Below, one piece after another: positions 25,631-41,480 of a DNA stretch of 64,000 nt. The stretch is from Adineta vaga (lineage: Eukaryota > Animalia > Rotifera). The stretch spans positions 992,001-1,056,000 of the forward strand of contig CP075492.1 in NCBI GenBank assembly GCA_021613535.1, in the 5' to 3' direction. Position 1 is the stretch's first letter. Each line of letters starts with the position of its first letter. The notes beneath the pieces were generated by a model that saw only the letters and a list, made by a program, of their open reading frames with translations, was not told the origin of the DNA and did not search any database. The position numbers were made by a program, and so were the translations under genes.

Positions 25631-25726
25631 AACCCTAACAAAAAATAATACGATATAGAAGTTTATTTTAAAAGATTGATAATGAACAAAAAAACTAACT
25701 ATTACATATATTATAAATTATTTTGT

Positions 25727-26835
25727 TTATTCTTGGAATTTGATTGATTTAACATCTCGTATTAATGGACCAATTCGATTAGTTCGAGTTAATTGCGTTT
25801 GTTCTTGTATTCGAAGTTGAGTCATCCATCGTTTTGGAATGATTAATGAAAATAATTCTCGACGAAAACTTGGTGCTGTCAATGTGTAAACATAAAAAGT
25901 TAACTAAAATAATATGTGACAAAATACAATACAAAGTTATATAAAATATAAATTCTTACTGCATTGAATATAAATGTACCAAAACTACCCGTTGCTGTTA
26001 AAGCTAAACTTTCTGCTGCAATACGATATGATGATTTACCGGATTGTGGATCATATTGTGTTATTGTCATATAAACAAAAGTGCTTACAAATGGAAGTGC
26101 TGTTATAATGTATAAAATTACTTGTCCTATGAGCATAGTAGCAAGTTGAAGATCTCGATAACGTACATGAACTTTTTGACGACCAATTCGTGTTGAATTT
26201 TGTTTCAATCTCCATATAATCATTCCACTTAATGTACTCATTAGAATAGCTGGAGTTCCAAAATTAAATAAAAATAAAACTGTTGTATCAATTATTTTTC
26301 CTACTGGTGTTGAAGTTGTACATTGTCGAAGTTGAGGAAATGCATCATAAACTACTAAGACATAAATTGACAAACAAGCACAACTAGTAATAGTTATTAA
26401 CATAACTTTGAATGCTACACGTGTTCGACAGAATGATCGTTGTCGAACTGATTGTGAACATAATAAAAAACGATCTAAACATGCTAAAACTACACATGCT
26501 CGACTTGATAATTGAGAAGCAGTAAGTATATAGTAACGAATTTTACAATATACTGAATTGTATGTTAATGGATTAGTATTGGTAAAAAATGCAAGCATAC
26601 TAACAAATAAACCCCATGTTAAACAACATAAATTTGCCCATGAACTTGCATGAAAATAAATAGCACATGAATTTGTCCGCATTAAAGGACGAAGAAAAAT
26701 TGCAATATTCAATATACAACCAATCATACCAAATGTAAAAAGAATAGGTTGACCAAAGCGTTGTATTCCAACACGAGCAGTATTTAAATTAACTACAGCT
26801 GGATCGATGATTGTTGTCGTAAGATTATAATTCAT
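25727..26835 (-). CDS. Rhodopsin-like orphan GPCR, 2 exons
   Basis: 7 hydrophobic segments; GCILNIAIF, CKIRYY, LACLDRF; second exon FYVYTLTAPSFRREL; intron about 25904-25959. Confidence 0.85.
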
Positions 26836-27599
26836 ATTAAAGATTATTTAATTTATATTATAGATTGATTTTATATACGCCTGCAGAGTCAAACGATAAA
26901 ATGAATAGCTAAAGATTCAAAATATTAGAAAAAAAAGATTTTTCTAGAGGTTTGTTTTCTGTGGGTGTAGATGTTGTAAACAGATTTGAGATGCGCAAAA
27001 GATATTTTGAATATTTGTCTATATAACTTAATAAAACAAATTCTTATAAATACTTTGATACTATACTGATGAGTGTAAAGGAGTTTCGTACTTAGATTAA
27101 TGCACTTTAGAAGTAGAAACAAGAAAAAGAATGACTATTTTTACTTAATGAAAGACTCTTCGACTGAAGGAAATAATTATTAGCAAAGTTTGTGAATTGT
27201 GATTGATGCTATATTCAGTTGTAACTAATATGATAACTAATGAAATAAAAGGAAATAATTATTCTTTCATAATACTACCAATCAGTAAGTTGTGCAATGG
27301 AACGTAAAAGGTATAAAAAAACAAAGTTTTTTTCTTAAAAGTTTAAAATAAGGTGGAGAATCTACTCAAGTGCAATGAAGGAAATCTTTAAATGCGTATT
27401 TACATGTAACATTCTTTCTAATATAAGAAAAAGTAGGACATGTGAACAGTGTTAATTGAAAATGTTAACGTATTTAGGTGATTCTTTCATTAAAAAAAAG
27501 TGAGTAAAATGAAAAAATATTTTGTGAATAAGATTGTAGACTGATGATGATATTCACGATGATACTTACATCCTATATCTACAATAAATTATAAAAATA

Positions 27600-27925
27600 T
27601 ATTTCATCTAGCTGCTATGTTTGTACCGCAAAATATCTATTGTTAAAATCAATACCAATGCATTTAAATATTTTGCATTCAAATCAGATGTCGTTGTTTC
27701 TTGAAGTTGCTCATCTGAGTCAAATAAAGATATCATTTTTTCTTCTCGAGAAACTCATAATAAATTGTTGATTAGGTAATACAATAAGTCAACACTAACT
27801 GTCACAACCAAGATCAATATTGGTCTTTGCAATGATAATCATATCAATTGGATAACGTAATTCAAACCAATATTTATATTCACGATTGCTTTTTCGGCGT
27901 AGAATTACGCCAAGACGACTACCCT
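27600..27925 (-). pseudogene. Possible fragment of an ART-TPR family N-terminal region
   Basis: KMISLFDSDEQLQETTTSDLN resembles ICIFD...EKSSKDLS of the 39 kb gene; truncated at a palindrome. Confidence 0.3.
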
Positions 27926-27986
27926 ATCTTGAGGGTGTGGATGCGCATTTCTTCTTCATTGACGTCAACATTCATATCCACACCCA
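27926..27986. repeat. Telomere-like palindrome
   Basis: ATCTTGAGGGTGTGGATG...CATATCCACACCCA. Confidence 0.75.
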
Positions 27987-28840
27987 ATATATATTCGTGA
28001 AGAATCCCATATTAGAAGAGATTTTGTTTCTGTATCAGATATAATTTTGAATAATAATAAAAATTATTTATGAAAAAGAAAAACAACAATGTTAAATATA
28101 TATCAGTTTAATAGATAAAAAGTTAAATAAATTAATAACGTTTAAATACAGGTAATATATCAATTGATCATATTAATAAATATTCATAATTATTTGTTTA
28201 TCATCATCATCATCATCATAATCATTAACCAACGTATTTCTTCAGTTGTCTTAGTCATTTTGTAGTCACATAAATCTAATAACTAAATACCAGTAGTTTC
28301 CTGTTTTTGTACATGATATTGATGTTTAAATATGGTGTGACTCACATCGTTGTGTTGCCTTGATAGCAATTGTAATTCTTATACATAAAAACAAAGAAAA
28401 AAGACAAGAGTTAATCAAATTTCTTGTATGTGTATGTGTTTTTCTATTACTATATTTTTTCCTCATCATACCTCTAAATTTATTTGCATATGCCTTATTT
28501 CATCTCTTACTCTCTCGAGGAAGTAATGTTTTTCAAAATAGTTCGATTGACGTCAATACTTTTGGAATGGATTTTATCCATGTGCATATGGTTCGTGAAT
28601 TATTTATCCTGAATACAATTACATATTTGTTCTACTTCATTATTTTTTTTATCGGAGAGTTTTCTTCTTCTTCTAAATCGTTTTTTTTGTCCAAGATTTC
28701 TCTCTATACACTATTTAAAAAGATAATTAGTAACAATATGTTTACACAGAAAATGTTCTTTGACGTCATTGAAAAGAAAGAAGGATATAAAGTAAAGAGA
28801 ACTATCAATCTCATTTCATTTCTTCATATTTCTGACAAAG

Positions 28841-31800
28841 ATGTCAATTGGTGATTTGTTCTTATGGCTGATTCTGTTGAGTATTGGAGAAGCATCAAGT
28901 AAGTCATTGATTAGAAGAAGACTTCTTTGAGCAGTGCACATTATTGACATGAACTTTCATTCATGAGAAGTATACAAATGATCCCAGAAATAGCTGTAGG
29001 ACTAGATATCTTTTAGTTTCTACTTTAAGTTTCTGATGATGTATAAAAATGTATGTCTTATATAGATGTTTCATACAATCAACCAAAACTAGATCCTTAT
29101 GCAGTGTGGAATACAAATGCGCTTATTTTGACAAATTCAAGTATTGACAGCAATTTTACTCGTGGTCTTTTTGTTGATACGAATGACACAATCTATGTTG
29201 TTGATCTAACAAATAATCGAGTTGTGGTTTGGTTGAATAACAGTGTCAATCCAACAATAACAATATATGGCAATATGACCAAACCCTTAACTATCTTTGT
29301 AGCAACTAATGGCGACATGTTTATAAGTGATTTTGCTGTAAGTAATCAAACTCACAAATGGTCATTGAATGCAAATAGTAGTACTCCTGTGCTATCCCCT
29401 GGTTCAGCATGCTATGGGCTGTTTATTGATATCAATAACACGCTGTATTGTTCGTTGTATTTTGGGCATAAAATCGTTAAAAAATGGCTTGGTGACAATA
29501 ACGCATCATCAGTGATAACGGTTGCTGGAAACGGATCCAGTGGATCTGCGTTGAATCAGCTTTACACTCCTGAAGGAATCTTTGTCACTACTAATTTTGA
29601 TTTGTATGTAGCTGACTATAAAAACAACCGAATTCAGCTTTTTCAACCAGGTCAACTAGTTGGAACAACAATAGCAGGAAATTCATCGATAAATATCACA
29701 ATTACACTTAATGGACCTAATGCCGTCATCTTGGATGTTGATAATTATTTATTCATAACAGATGGTTCTAATAATCGAATTATCGGATCAGGGCCAAATG
29801 GTTTTCGATGCATCATCGGATGTTCGGGTTCATCGGGTAGTGAAATTAATCAACTGAAGGGTCCTTGGAATTTAGCTTTTGATAGTCATGGTAATCTATA
29901 TGCTAATGAATGGAGCACTAATCGTATTTTGAAATATACTTTATTGAATAACACTGCAGGTAAGAATTATTGAAAACTAAGAATAGATTATTCTTTCATC
30001 CTATTAAATCAACTTGTATAATCTTTGTTGAATTGTGATTTTCTATTTTTTAATGTTTTAGTGAAATCATATAACCAACCACGATTGTATGCAGATTCTA
30101 CGTGGAATCGAAAAGCAATTACGTTTGCTGATAGAAATTTAATTGGAAGACATCAATCAAACATTTTTATTGATACTAACAACTCAGTTTATATCGTTGA
30201 TAGACAAAATGGTCGAATTCAAATCTGGTTCAACAATACCACTAATCCAACACGCACAATATCGGCTGATTTACTCAATGCGAACTCTATATTTGTTGCA
30301 AATAATGGTGATATTTACATTGACAATGGCACTGTCAATGGTTCTGTTAATAAATGGACCATTACTACAAATAGTAGCATTCGCCCCATCATGTCTATTG
30401 ATTCATCTTGTCTTAGTCTCTTTATTGACAGAAGTGATACATTATACTGTTCATTATATGATCAAAATAAAGTTGTGAAAAAATGGCTCGGTGATAGTAC
30501 AATGATAGCAACAACAGTTGCTGGAAATGTTAATGACACCAGTGGAACATCTTCGTATGGACTATCTGGTCCACGCGGAATCTTTGTTAATGATAACTTT
30601 GATTTATATGTAGCTGATTCTAGAAATAATCGAATTCAATTGTTTCGATTGGGTCAATCGAATGGAATAACAGTTGCAGGAAAAACTTCAATAAATCTTA
30701 CAATTACATTGAATAAACCAACTGGAGTAACACTTGATATTGATAATTATTTATATATTGTAGACGGTGATAATCAACGGATAGTTGGATCAAGTCGAAA
30801 TGGTTTTCGATGTATAGTCGGATGTTCTCGCCGAGGTTGGTGGATGTGGCAATCATCATCAAAACCGGTTAGCATGGCTTTTGACAGCTGTGGGAATATA
30901 TATGTTGTCGATACAGGAATTGATTCTATTCAAACATATTCTTTATCGAAAACATCATGCAGTAAGTATAGTAAAAGTTGTTAGTCACTGCCGATAATGT
31001 TCATTATTACTTTTTTCTAGAACAAAACAAATGGATAACAACAGCTATGATAGCATCAACATCAAATCAAAGTAATTGTTTTCATATTACGAGAGATAAT
31101 AAAAACAAATCATTTATTTAAGGTTGTTCTGAACCAAATGTGACACTTATTCCTAATGCATCAATCATATCATCACCAAAACAATATCGTCGAAGTCAAG
31201 ATGTTTCTATTGTTTCATTTATCGAATTCAATTGTGATTATTCATTCACCATGATAACACAATGGACAATCAAAAATTGTACAAACATTTCATGTACACA
31301 TTCCATTTCATTAGATCCAACAATCAATACAAAAGCAAGTGAATTATACATTCCTGCAAATACACTTCCATATGGAATCTATAACTTCACTCTAACAGTT
31401 ACAATTCTTCACTTTTCGACAGTGTCATATGTTCTCATTGAGATAGTCAGATCTGACATTGTAGTTAATCTAATTCAACTAGGAACACCCATGATTACAA
31501 GTGGATATCAACAAAATCTTATCATTAATCCAGGAGCATATTCTCGTGATTTGGATGGATATACATTCAATGCTAGTGTGAGTTCTTCTCTATTTTTACA
31601 TAAATAATTCATCTCTATCTCTATGTGTATATTATTCGAACAGGAATGGAAATATAAATATTATTGTCGAATCTATGGTGTGTCAATGTTTCCACAATTT
31701 CAAAGTTCATTATTAACAATTGATGACATGAGAAATGATGCAATGAACCCATCATGTTTATCGAATCGAACAGGATGGAAATTTGATAGTTCAATCAATT

Positions 31801-34800
31801 CATCACTTCGAATTCTTTCTCATTCATTTCAATCGAATCGAACATATCAATTCATGGTCGTCATGGAAAACATTCAAAATCCATCAAGACAAGCAACTGG
31901 CTCTGTTCTTGTCAAAGTTGAGGAAACTCCTTCATCAACAATTGCTATTGGGTAAGTTTTTTTGCTATATGATTATGACTATGGAGATGAATATGTGATA
32001 TTTTAGTTGTGTAATATCGACAATGTGTGTTGCCAAGTCAGAATATCAACTTGTTAATCCTTCAACACAAGTTGCTCTCTATTCATTCTGTATAGAAGAG
32101 AATTGTTCCACGGTTGAAACTATACAATGGAAGGTGTATTATGGAATAAGAAATACATCAACAAATATCACTCAATGGTATTCCTTCAATCAAACAAATC
32201 TCTACGAAAATAGTTGGTTTTTCGGTACTAATACAATGAATTTTACATCAACAAATCAACTATTTTTAACATATTCTCAATGGACATTCTGGCGATTTGA
32301 AGTTGTCTACACATTCACATCAGGAATTAGTTCAAGTTCATTAGATTTTCTGATTAATCAGCCACCAAGCAATGGTTCATGCTCAATCGATCCTCTCAAT
32401 GGCATGACAACTACATTATTTGATCTGACATGTTCAGATTGGTTTGATAGTGATGGTATCAAAGATTATTTACTTTATAGTAAGTATTCATAAGACTATA
32501 TTGAAGAATTCCGTCTCCTATGAATATTTAGTTTGGACAAATGATCGATCAAAACAAACTCTCATTTTATATTCATCAATTTCAAGATTTCAAGTTCAAT
32601 TTCCATCTGGTGATGAGCCAACTTATGAAATTCATTTGATTATTGAAATTCGTGATGAATATGATTGTCTGACAACCTATAATATGACATCACCGATTTC
32701 AATTCAACCAGATTCGATTGAAATGAAAGAGTTTATCAATGGTGTTCAAAATACATCCAATTTGAATGTGTTCAATAATCTATTTGCTCAATCACTTGGA
32801 AGTGAAAATCAAAATGTTGTTGGACAAGTGATCACCTTAATTTCAAATGAATTCAACAAAATCAATGATGAACAAATAGCGAAAGCTATTTTTAGTAAGT
32901 TCTTTTCAATGAATTGTTATTATTATTATTATTGTTTTCTTTTGATTTAGATGGAATATCATCAACAAGTATTTCGATCTCGCCATTGGAAAATTCCAAT
33001 AATTCACAACAAGTAAATTACTTTCTTTTTGTTTTTATTTCAATAGAATAATCTATTGGTTTATCTCTGTCATAGAATTTAGTACCATTGAATGTGTCAG
33101 CGTTGAATGAGTACAAGGACGAAATCAATTCTTATGCACAAGTTCGAGAATATTTGATCGAGTTTATTCCAAATCTACCAATCACAACTTCGAAAAGTAT
33201 TCAACTACAAGCATCAGCAATTGTACAATTGACTAAAGCAACCAATCAATTAACAAGAAATACTTTAGTAAGATTCATTTTCTTTCAAAAATCTTCTATT
33301 ATTCAATTTATCCGATAATACAGACAATTGCAATAGATCGATGTCATCAGTTAACAAAGACACTATATTCATTGGCAAGACAAATATCACCAGAGGATAC
33401 TTATGCCGCTGCCACTCAGCTAATTCAATGTGCAACAAATTTGTTAACAGTAAGAAATTTATCTCGATCGTATATTAAATATAAATACATGATCTATTCT
33501 ATAGGCTGTGAATGGTCCAGCAAGAGAGAATGATAGTGTTAGATGTTGATTTTTCACGTGCAACATCCTTTCCTCAAGACTATGATACTGATTTAGAACT
33601 GCCATGGTCAAATCTGAGTGAGATTTCGATCTAGTTAAATTAGTCTTTTTTTTATTTTACTTTGTTCGTAGATCTATTTGCTGATGGAAATGACTTTTCA
33701 TGGTCAACTATCGAAAAGAATCGAAATCATTATTATCAACAACAACTATCGAATGACATAATTTCGAAAACAAACGAAATGATCTCTCTACTAACTTCAT
33801 GTTTGAATATTAATTTGAATGTTGAACAGAATTTTGTTGTTAACACATCACAAGTATTTATGTTATTGGAAAGAAAATCCTTTCAATCCCTATTGAACAA
33901 ACAAATCAAACCAGTTGCAAATGCACAAATCAATCTTCCATCAATTTTTCAAACCAATCTCAACAATAATCAAACAATTCTCATTCGAGTAAAGTTCATA
34001 CGTTTTCATTGATTTTTGAAATTCTGAATTTGTTGTTTGTAGTCAATGATGGAACCACTCTCACCTGCTGGTCAATCTCAATCGAATACAAATCTTTCTA
34101 CATCGATTTCATTGACAATTCTCGATGACAATGGACAAGATATCCCGATCAAAACAAGTGACAACAATTCCATTGAAATCATTATTCCTCGAGATGTAAA
34201 TCTTATTATGCCATCGATGATCTTATATAATGTCACTTCGATCAATACAACTGATGATTATCATTATCATCATCATCAACTATTTTATTATCATTATTTC
34301 AATATCACTACTTCTCTACCAATATCAGTTCATCTCGAAATTCATCCATTGAATATGAACTTGTCTTATTTATTAATTTCTAGATTTGATGGAATACCAC
34401 AATTGAATAGTTCAATCAATCAAATCGATAGTTGGACACTTCTCTGTCCTTCTGCTTTGACAAATCAAAATGTTTATACATATTTCTATGATAATCAACA
34501 AACATTCAATCATCATTCATTGGTCATTGGATTACGTGAACTTGATTCTATTAGTTATTGTTCAAATTCATTATTTATCAACCAACCACCGATATCTGAT
34601 GAAATGTACAATTTTACAGCAAATTATCAATTACGAGTGTACACATCTGGTTGTTATTATCTTGATAATACGAATGAATGGAAAGCAGATGGATTAACTG
34701 TTGGATTATTGACAAATCATTATCAAACACAATGTTATTCAAAACATTTGACTAAATTTACTGGTAGTTTCAATGTTTTACCTCAACCAGTCAATTGGCA

Positions 34801-37800
34801 ATATGTTTTTGCTAATGCTGATTTTACTCGTAATAAAACCATTTATTTAACAATCATTTGTGTTTCAATAATCTATATCATATTGATTATCTATGCTCGT
34901 CATTATGATAAGAAAGATTTACAAAAGTTAGGTGTAACACCATTACCTGATAATCATTCATCTGATCAATATTATTATCAAATCATTGTTTTCACGGGTC
35001 AACGTAAAGATGCTGGAACAAAGTCAAATGTTCATTTCATATTATATGGTATTGATGATCAAACATCAGTTCGAACATTTGCCGATCCTCATCGTCGAAT
35101 TCTTCAACGTGGTGGTATTGATGCTTTTATTATGTCGGTACCAAAGTCATTGGGTTTGTTGAATTGTATTCGTATTTGGCATGATAATAGTGGTAAAAGT
35201 TCAGCATCTTGGTTTCTGAAATATCTCATCATTCGTGATCTACAAACTATGGAAAAATTTCATTTCATTGCACAACGATGGTTTGCTGTAGAAAAAGATG
35301 ATGGAAAAGTAAAGTATCTTTCATTGTACAAATGTTAAATCGCAATTTTAATTTTTTATCATAGATCGAACATCTTTTACCAGTTGCTGGTGTAACAGAA
35401 AAAAGTGATTTTTCGTATATTTTATCGAAAAAAGCATATCATAGTATTTCGGATGGTCATTTATGGTTTTCAATCTTTTCTCGACCACCTTCGAATCGCT
35501 TCACACGTGTTCAACGATGTACTTGCTGCTTTGTTTTTTTGCTTGTGTCAATGTTTTTGAACATCATGTACTATGACTTACAGAATGAAGCAAAAATGAA
35601 CGCGAGCATATCATTCGAACAGGTAGATGCACTTTATTAATACATGATTTTGTAGAATAATATTAAATGATTTTAGATCATTATTGGTGTGATTGTCGAA
35701 GTGTTTTCATTGATTCCAAGTCTTTTATTGATACAAATCTTTCGTCGACTTCGTTCTCGTGATAGATCACTTTCACCATTACGCAAAATCTTCTACGAAA
35801 TTAATCCTTCGTTAATAAAGGAAGAAGCGAAAACAAAGACAAAAAAGCAACCATTTACATTTCCTTGGTGGTTTATATTTATTACCTATGGTCTGTGCTT
35901 TCTGTTAGTGATAACATCGATCTTCTTTCTCATTGTTCGTGGAATTGAATTTGGTGATGTGAAAACTCAGAAATGGTTAATATCGATTCTCAGTGGATTT
36001 TTCTCATCAATTCTGTTCACCCAACCATTGAAGGTAAGGTTGAAAAGTTGAAAAAAAAAGAAAATGTTGTTGATTATTATGTTGCGGTAGATTGTTGCAT
36101 TGATGATCGTATTTGCATTCTTCTGTCGAAAATCTCAAGATGATCGAGAAGCCATGGAATATTTAGATGAAAATGAGTTGTATCTTGATCGAGACGAAGA
36201 ATATCTTCATGACAACAATTCATTACTAATTGACCCTCGTCCAACAATCAAACATACACGTTTAACTGATACAGAAGTTGTATCGGCACGTCAACGTCGA
36301 TTGAAAGAAATACAAATGTGGTCAATTCTTCGAGAATCATTTCTCTATCTCATCTTTTTCTCTACTCTTTCTGTTCTAATTTATTCTCAAACTCAATTCA
36401 ACTCATTTCTTCAAGTAGATCATCTACGAAAATATCTTTTCAATTCACGACAGTCTGATCTCGATTATAATCAAGTTTGTTTGTTTCTATATTTATTTCT
36501 CTTCAATTGATATCATCAATAAAATATCTTTTAGATTTCAAGTCAATCAGACTATTGGTCATGGTTGAAAGAGAGTTTTGCTGAGAATATTCGTGCACAA
36601 CAATGGTACAATGATGATCCACCTCGAAATCTGAGTGGATTTATGAATGACAAAACAAATCGTTTACTTGGATGGATCACAATGCGACAATTACGTGTCA
36701 AAACTCATTTATGTTCACCAATGCGAAATCTCAATTTCATATGTCAATATGATTATAATTCTCAAACTGAACAAACCAATTCATTTGATCCCGGATGGAT
36801 CGATCAAACACAAATCAATTCCAATTCAATATTTAATCAAGCCTTTCAATACAAATCTAAAGATGACTTAGATACATATCCCATCAGTGGAAAATTCGGT
36901 CGATATGGTGATGGTGGTTATGTATATGAATTTCGTGGTCGATTATCTGATATTCAAATGAATTTAACAAAACTTCATGAATATCAATGGATTGATGATC
37001 AAACACGAGCGATTATAATTCAACTGAGTTTATACAATCCAAATGCTCAACTATTTACTTCAATTATTCTACTAACTGAATTTTTATCCACAGGTGGAGT
37101 TGTAACACAATCAACAATTGAATCTATTCAATTCTATGGTAACAACTTTCTTTTTTTCTATAATCGAATAATTCTTCTTATACTTTCATTTTAGCATTCA
37201 CATCATTGAGTCAATTGATTTGTTTGATTATTTTCACGATATTTATTCTATATTTGATAATCAAACAAATTCAACTAAAATGGAAAGCATTCACTCAATT
37301 CTGGTCAATAATTGATATTGTTATCATTATTTGTTCATGGGTAGGTGTTGGAATGTATATTTGGCGATATATTGAATATTGTCGTATTGGAAAATTATTT
37401 GCTAAAACTAATGGATATACTTATATTAATCTACAATTATTAACATATATTAATGAAATTATGAGATATATGTTTAGTTTTTGTTGTTTTTTTGGTACAA
37501 TCAAATTTATTCGTTTATGTCGATATAATTATCGAGTTTATTTATTCATTGAAACACTTCGAATAGCTGTAAAAGAACTGATTCCATTTTCAATGATGTT
37601 TTCAATAGTATTTCTGTCATTCAATTTCTTATTTTATTTCTTATTTGTATCGAAACTTGAAGCATGTGCAACATTTTTACAAACAACACAAATGTTATTT
37701 GAAATGATATTGATGCAATTTGATGGTGATGGATTAGTAAATGCAGCTGCCTTTCTTGCACCATTTTGTTTCAGTTTATTTATATTTGTTGTGGTATTCA

Positions 37801-38198
37801 CATGTTTATCAATGTTCTTAACAATTGTTAATCAAAGTTTCGCGAAGGCGAAACAAAATGGAGATAATGTTGAACATATTTATTCATTTATATTCAATCG
37901 ATTTTTACAGTGGACAGGTATAGGAGATGAAATAATGTAAAGAAAATGATTGAAGATTGATGTTGCTTTTAGGTTTGAAAGAATTAGATGATGTTGAAAA
38001 ATATGATGTATCACTACGACAAGAATATTTTGATCCAATTATACATTTTCCAGAGAAAATGGATCAGTTATTGGAAGCATTGAATCAGGTAAATATCTTT
38101 TGTTGATTTTGTTTGGTGTACATTGGAGAATCGTTTTTGTATTTTATTTTTAGGTTTATATGAGTCAAAAGACAGAAAAAGAAGAAATAATTATTTAA
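28841..38198 (+). CDS. Polycystin-1-like (PKD1L/REJ) protein with two N-terminal NHL propellers, REJ, GPS, PLAT and polycystin channel domains; multi-exon
   Basis: Signal-peptide exon MSIGDLFLWLILLSIGEAS; NHL repeats 29-31 kb; REJ (NQPPSNGSCSIDP..G); GPS TQCYSKHL/TKF; PLAT (TGQRKDAGT, IRIWHDNSG); FTRVQR; polycystin domain (WIDDQTRA, LYNPN); apparent 2-nt frameshift near 33520. Confidence 0.88.
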
Positions 38199-38817
38199 TT
38201 CTTTTTTTATCATTGTGTGTGTGTGTCGGTGAATTTAGTATTTGATATGTCTCATATATATATATTCATGCAGCTTGTTCACGTTTGTAAGTTTTTCCTT
38301 GTAATTACTTTTTAACTTAATATGTGTATTGTTACATATATTCTTGAATAAATTAATGTATTTAAAAATCATAATAAACATAAGGATCTATATGGTTTTC
38401 TATCCACTGAGAATATGGATGGATAAACACATTGACTTGCACTCATTGAAATCCAGCATCCTCTCCTCTTTGAAGCATTGATTATTTCTTCCAACTTTCG
38501 CGTCTTTTCGATACTTAAAACGAAGAAAAAGAACATTATCATCATACTTAGATGAGAATATAAATCTTTTATATATCAACTCATACAATGTTTTATGATG
38601 ACAAAAGTCAATGTTGATATGTCGTGTTTTCGGTAATAAAATGACAAAAGAATGTGCTTGATCATTTCTTAATCAAATGGACAATATTCTCTGTCTTGTA
38701 TATATAATATTATTTTGTTGATAATTCGATTTTTATCTTCTATAGTCACAAGAAATGTTATGCAAATGGTTTTTATTCAATCCAAAAAAAGATCAACTCA
38801 ACTTAATCAATCATTTA

Positions 38818-38884
38818 TATTTGAGGGTGTGAGTGTTGTCGTAATGGCCCTTCCGATCATTCACGCACACCCACCCTCAAGATG
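38818..38884. repeat. Telomere-like palindrome
   Basis: TTGAGGGTGTGAGTG...CACGCACACCCACCCTCAAGATG. Confidence 0.85.
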
Positions 38885-39035
38885 AATCCTATGTTCTTCA
38901 TCGAAAAATGATTTTTTTTATTTCTTTTCATTTGTTTCACCGTCAAAATAAAAATGTTTTTGTTTTAATGATAAGATAGTTAATATAAACTAACTTTATA
39001 ATCTATATATTGAATATACTGTATTATAAATTTTA

Positions 39036-41480
39036 GTGAAAACAATATCATTTATGGAAAGTACAGATCAATTGACGATAGTTACTGATGAATATACTTT
39101 CGAAGGTTTTGAAATTATTTGGCTAGATGTTTTAATCAATAAAACAAATTATTACTTGGATATACAGAAACAATTGTGTGCTATTGTTAATTCATTGACA
39201 ACATTCACAGATGTCAATGAATGTATTGATTATCTGACAGATAAACAAGAGAAAAAAATTCTTTTGATTATTTCTGACCCATTCGGCCGAATTGTCGTGC
39301 CATTGATCTCTGAATGGGTACAAATTAAATTCATATTCATTTTTTGTCACGACAAGTCAAAGAGCAAATTATGAATAACGGATTATTTAAAAATTATTGA
39401 TGTATTTGATGATAAAATTGAGCTTCTAGACAACTTAACTCGAAATATGAAAATAATTTGCAAACAACTTACATTACCAATATGTATCTTTGATATTGTT
39501 GGTATTGAAGAAAAATCATCGAAAGACTTAAGTACAGAACAATCAACATTCGTCTGGTTTGAATTACTAACAGATCTTCTATTTCGAATGAAACAAACAG
39601 AAAAATCTAAGTTAGACATGATTGAGCAATGTCGTTTGGTTTATAAAGATAATGAAAAAGAAAAAATTACTAAATTTCAAACAACTTATAAATCTGTCGA
39701 TGCAATTCGCTGGTATACAGATGATTCATTTTTATACAAACTATTAAATAAAGCATTTCGAACAGAAACTTTTGATATTATTTTTAAATTTCGATTTTTT
39801 TATCAAAGATTTACATGATCAATTAACAAAGTTACATTCTGAATATATTAAATTATTATTACAAAATCAAATACATGTTTTATCGGTATATTGTGGTCAA
39901 TTGATGTCAAATGAAGAATTACAAAAGATAAAAAAATAATATTAATCATTTTATTTCAATGAACAGTTTTTTATCAACATCAACAAACAAAAATGTAGTT
40001 TTACAATTCATAAATGATAATTTACTTAGTGACAATCTATGTTCAGTATTATTTCATTTCAAAATTCCTACAAATATTAATACAAAACCATTTGCTAAAA
40101 TCTATGAAAGTGGAGAAGAGGAAGTAATGTTCACAACTGGAACTATATTCTTTATCAAATCCGTTGAAAAAGTAAATTATATTTGGAATGTAGAATTACA
40201 AATCGCAAGTAAAGAAGAAAATATGCAATTGACTAAATTTTTGGATCATATGAAACATATATCGCTGTCTACAATGAATTTTTACAAATCTTCTTGCGAT
40301 GATGATTTTTATATTTATCTAGTAGGAATGTTTTTGATATTGATAGGTGATTTTGATAAAGCAATTCGATATTTCAAAGAAGTTCTCAAAGAAATTTCTC
40401 CACATGACAAACTTAGTAATTATATTCGTTTCTTTCTGGCATTATGTTATAATCAAATGAGTAATCTATCAGCAGCTGAGAAAACATTTCATGAAATCGA
40501 TTTTACTGCAATGATCACAAATGATTGGGGTCAACACCATTCATTTTTGATGAATATAATGAGCGCAGAAGCCTGTAGTAGAACAAACGATTATACAACT
40601 GCGTTAGCGATTATCATACTAAGTCGCTCGATTATTTACAAAAACAAAATAATAGTATTGATACGAATGTTATGCTGATATATACGTATAATGAACGTTG
40701 TGAACTCTATAGAAAAAATTGTGATTACATAAAAGCATTGATATGCATTCAAAATGCAATCAATTGTATCGAACAGCTCAAGGGATTGGATAGGCTTCTT
40801 TTTACCATGTTTCTACACTAAAATTAGTTCAATTTCTGCTGAAAATGGAAATTATGATACAGCATTATGGTTCCTTGAAAAATCAAGTGCAATCTTTCAG
40901 GCATCAGTACCATTATCAAGCGACATTTTTATACAAATATATGAAGATATGGCTCAGATTTATATAAAAAAACAAGATATAGTCAAGACACTCGAGAGCT
41001 ACGAGAAAGTTCTGAAATTACAATTGGAACGTCTACCATCGAACCATCTTAAACTAGCTCTAACCTATTCAGCTATTGCTGAATTGTTAGTACTCGAAAA
41101 AGATATGACGAAGCGTTAAAATGTTATGAAAAAACAGTAAATATATTACTGCGATGCGAGTCTCTATTAATCAGCAAGTCATCGATTGATGAACAATTTC
41201 ATTCAAATATAGTCACATTATATCGATTTATATCTTACAGGAAGATATTATGGCGGCGTCAATTTATTGTCAGAAACTAGCTGACATGAATATTTCAACT
41301 TCTCTAGATGGAATAAGACGTTTTTGGGTTACTGTCAAAGATAAGTTGTGGGTTCTATTGTATGTCCGATTGATTGACAATTCGAAACTTTTGCCATTAA
41401 AAAGATGGACCAAATATGTAGCATTGAATGATTTAGAAAAATTTTCATCGATAATGGATACAAAAATCCAACGGATATAA
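39036..41480 (+). pseudogene. ART-TPR (arginine-type mono-ADP-ribosyltransferase + TPR) pseudogene
   Basis: IIWLD receiver-like N-terminus; AIRWYTDDSFLYKLLNKAFR; FLSTST; EEEVMF; TPR helices; TGA at 39372, several frameshifts, and catalytic YRGQ reads YCGQ. Confidence 0.85.

Noticed and set aside
28360-28854. 164-aa hydrophobic ORF upstream of the polycystin gene
   Set aside because: Low-complexity F/L/I composition expected from T-rich noncoding DNA
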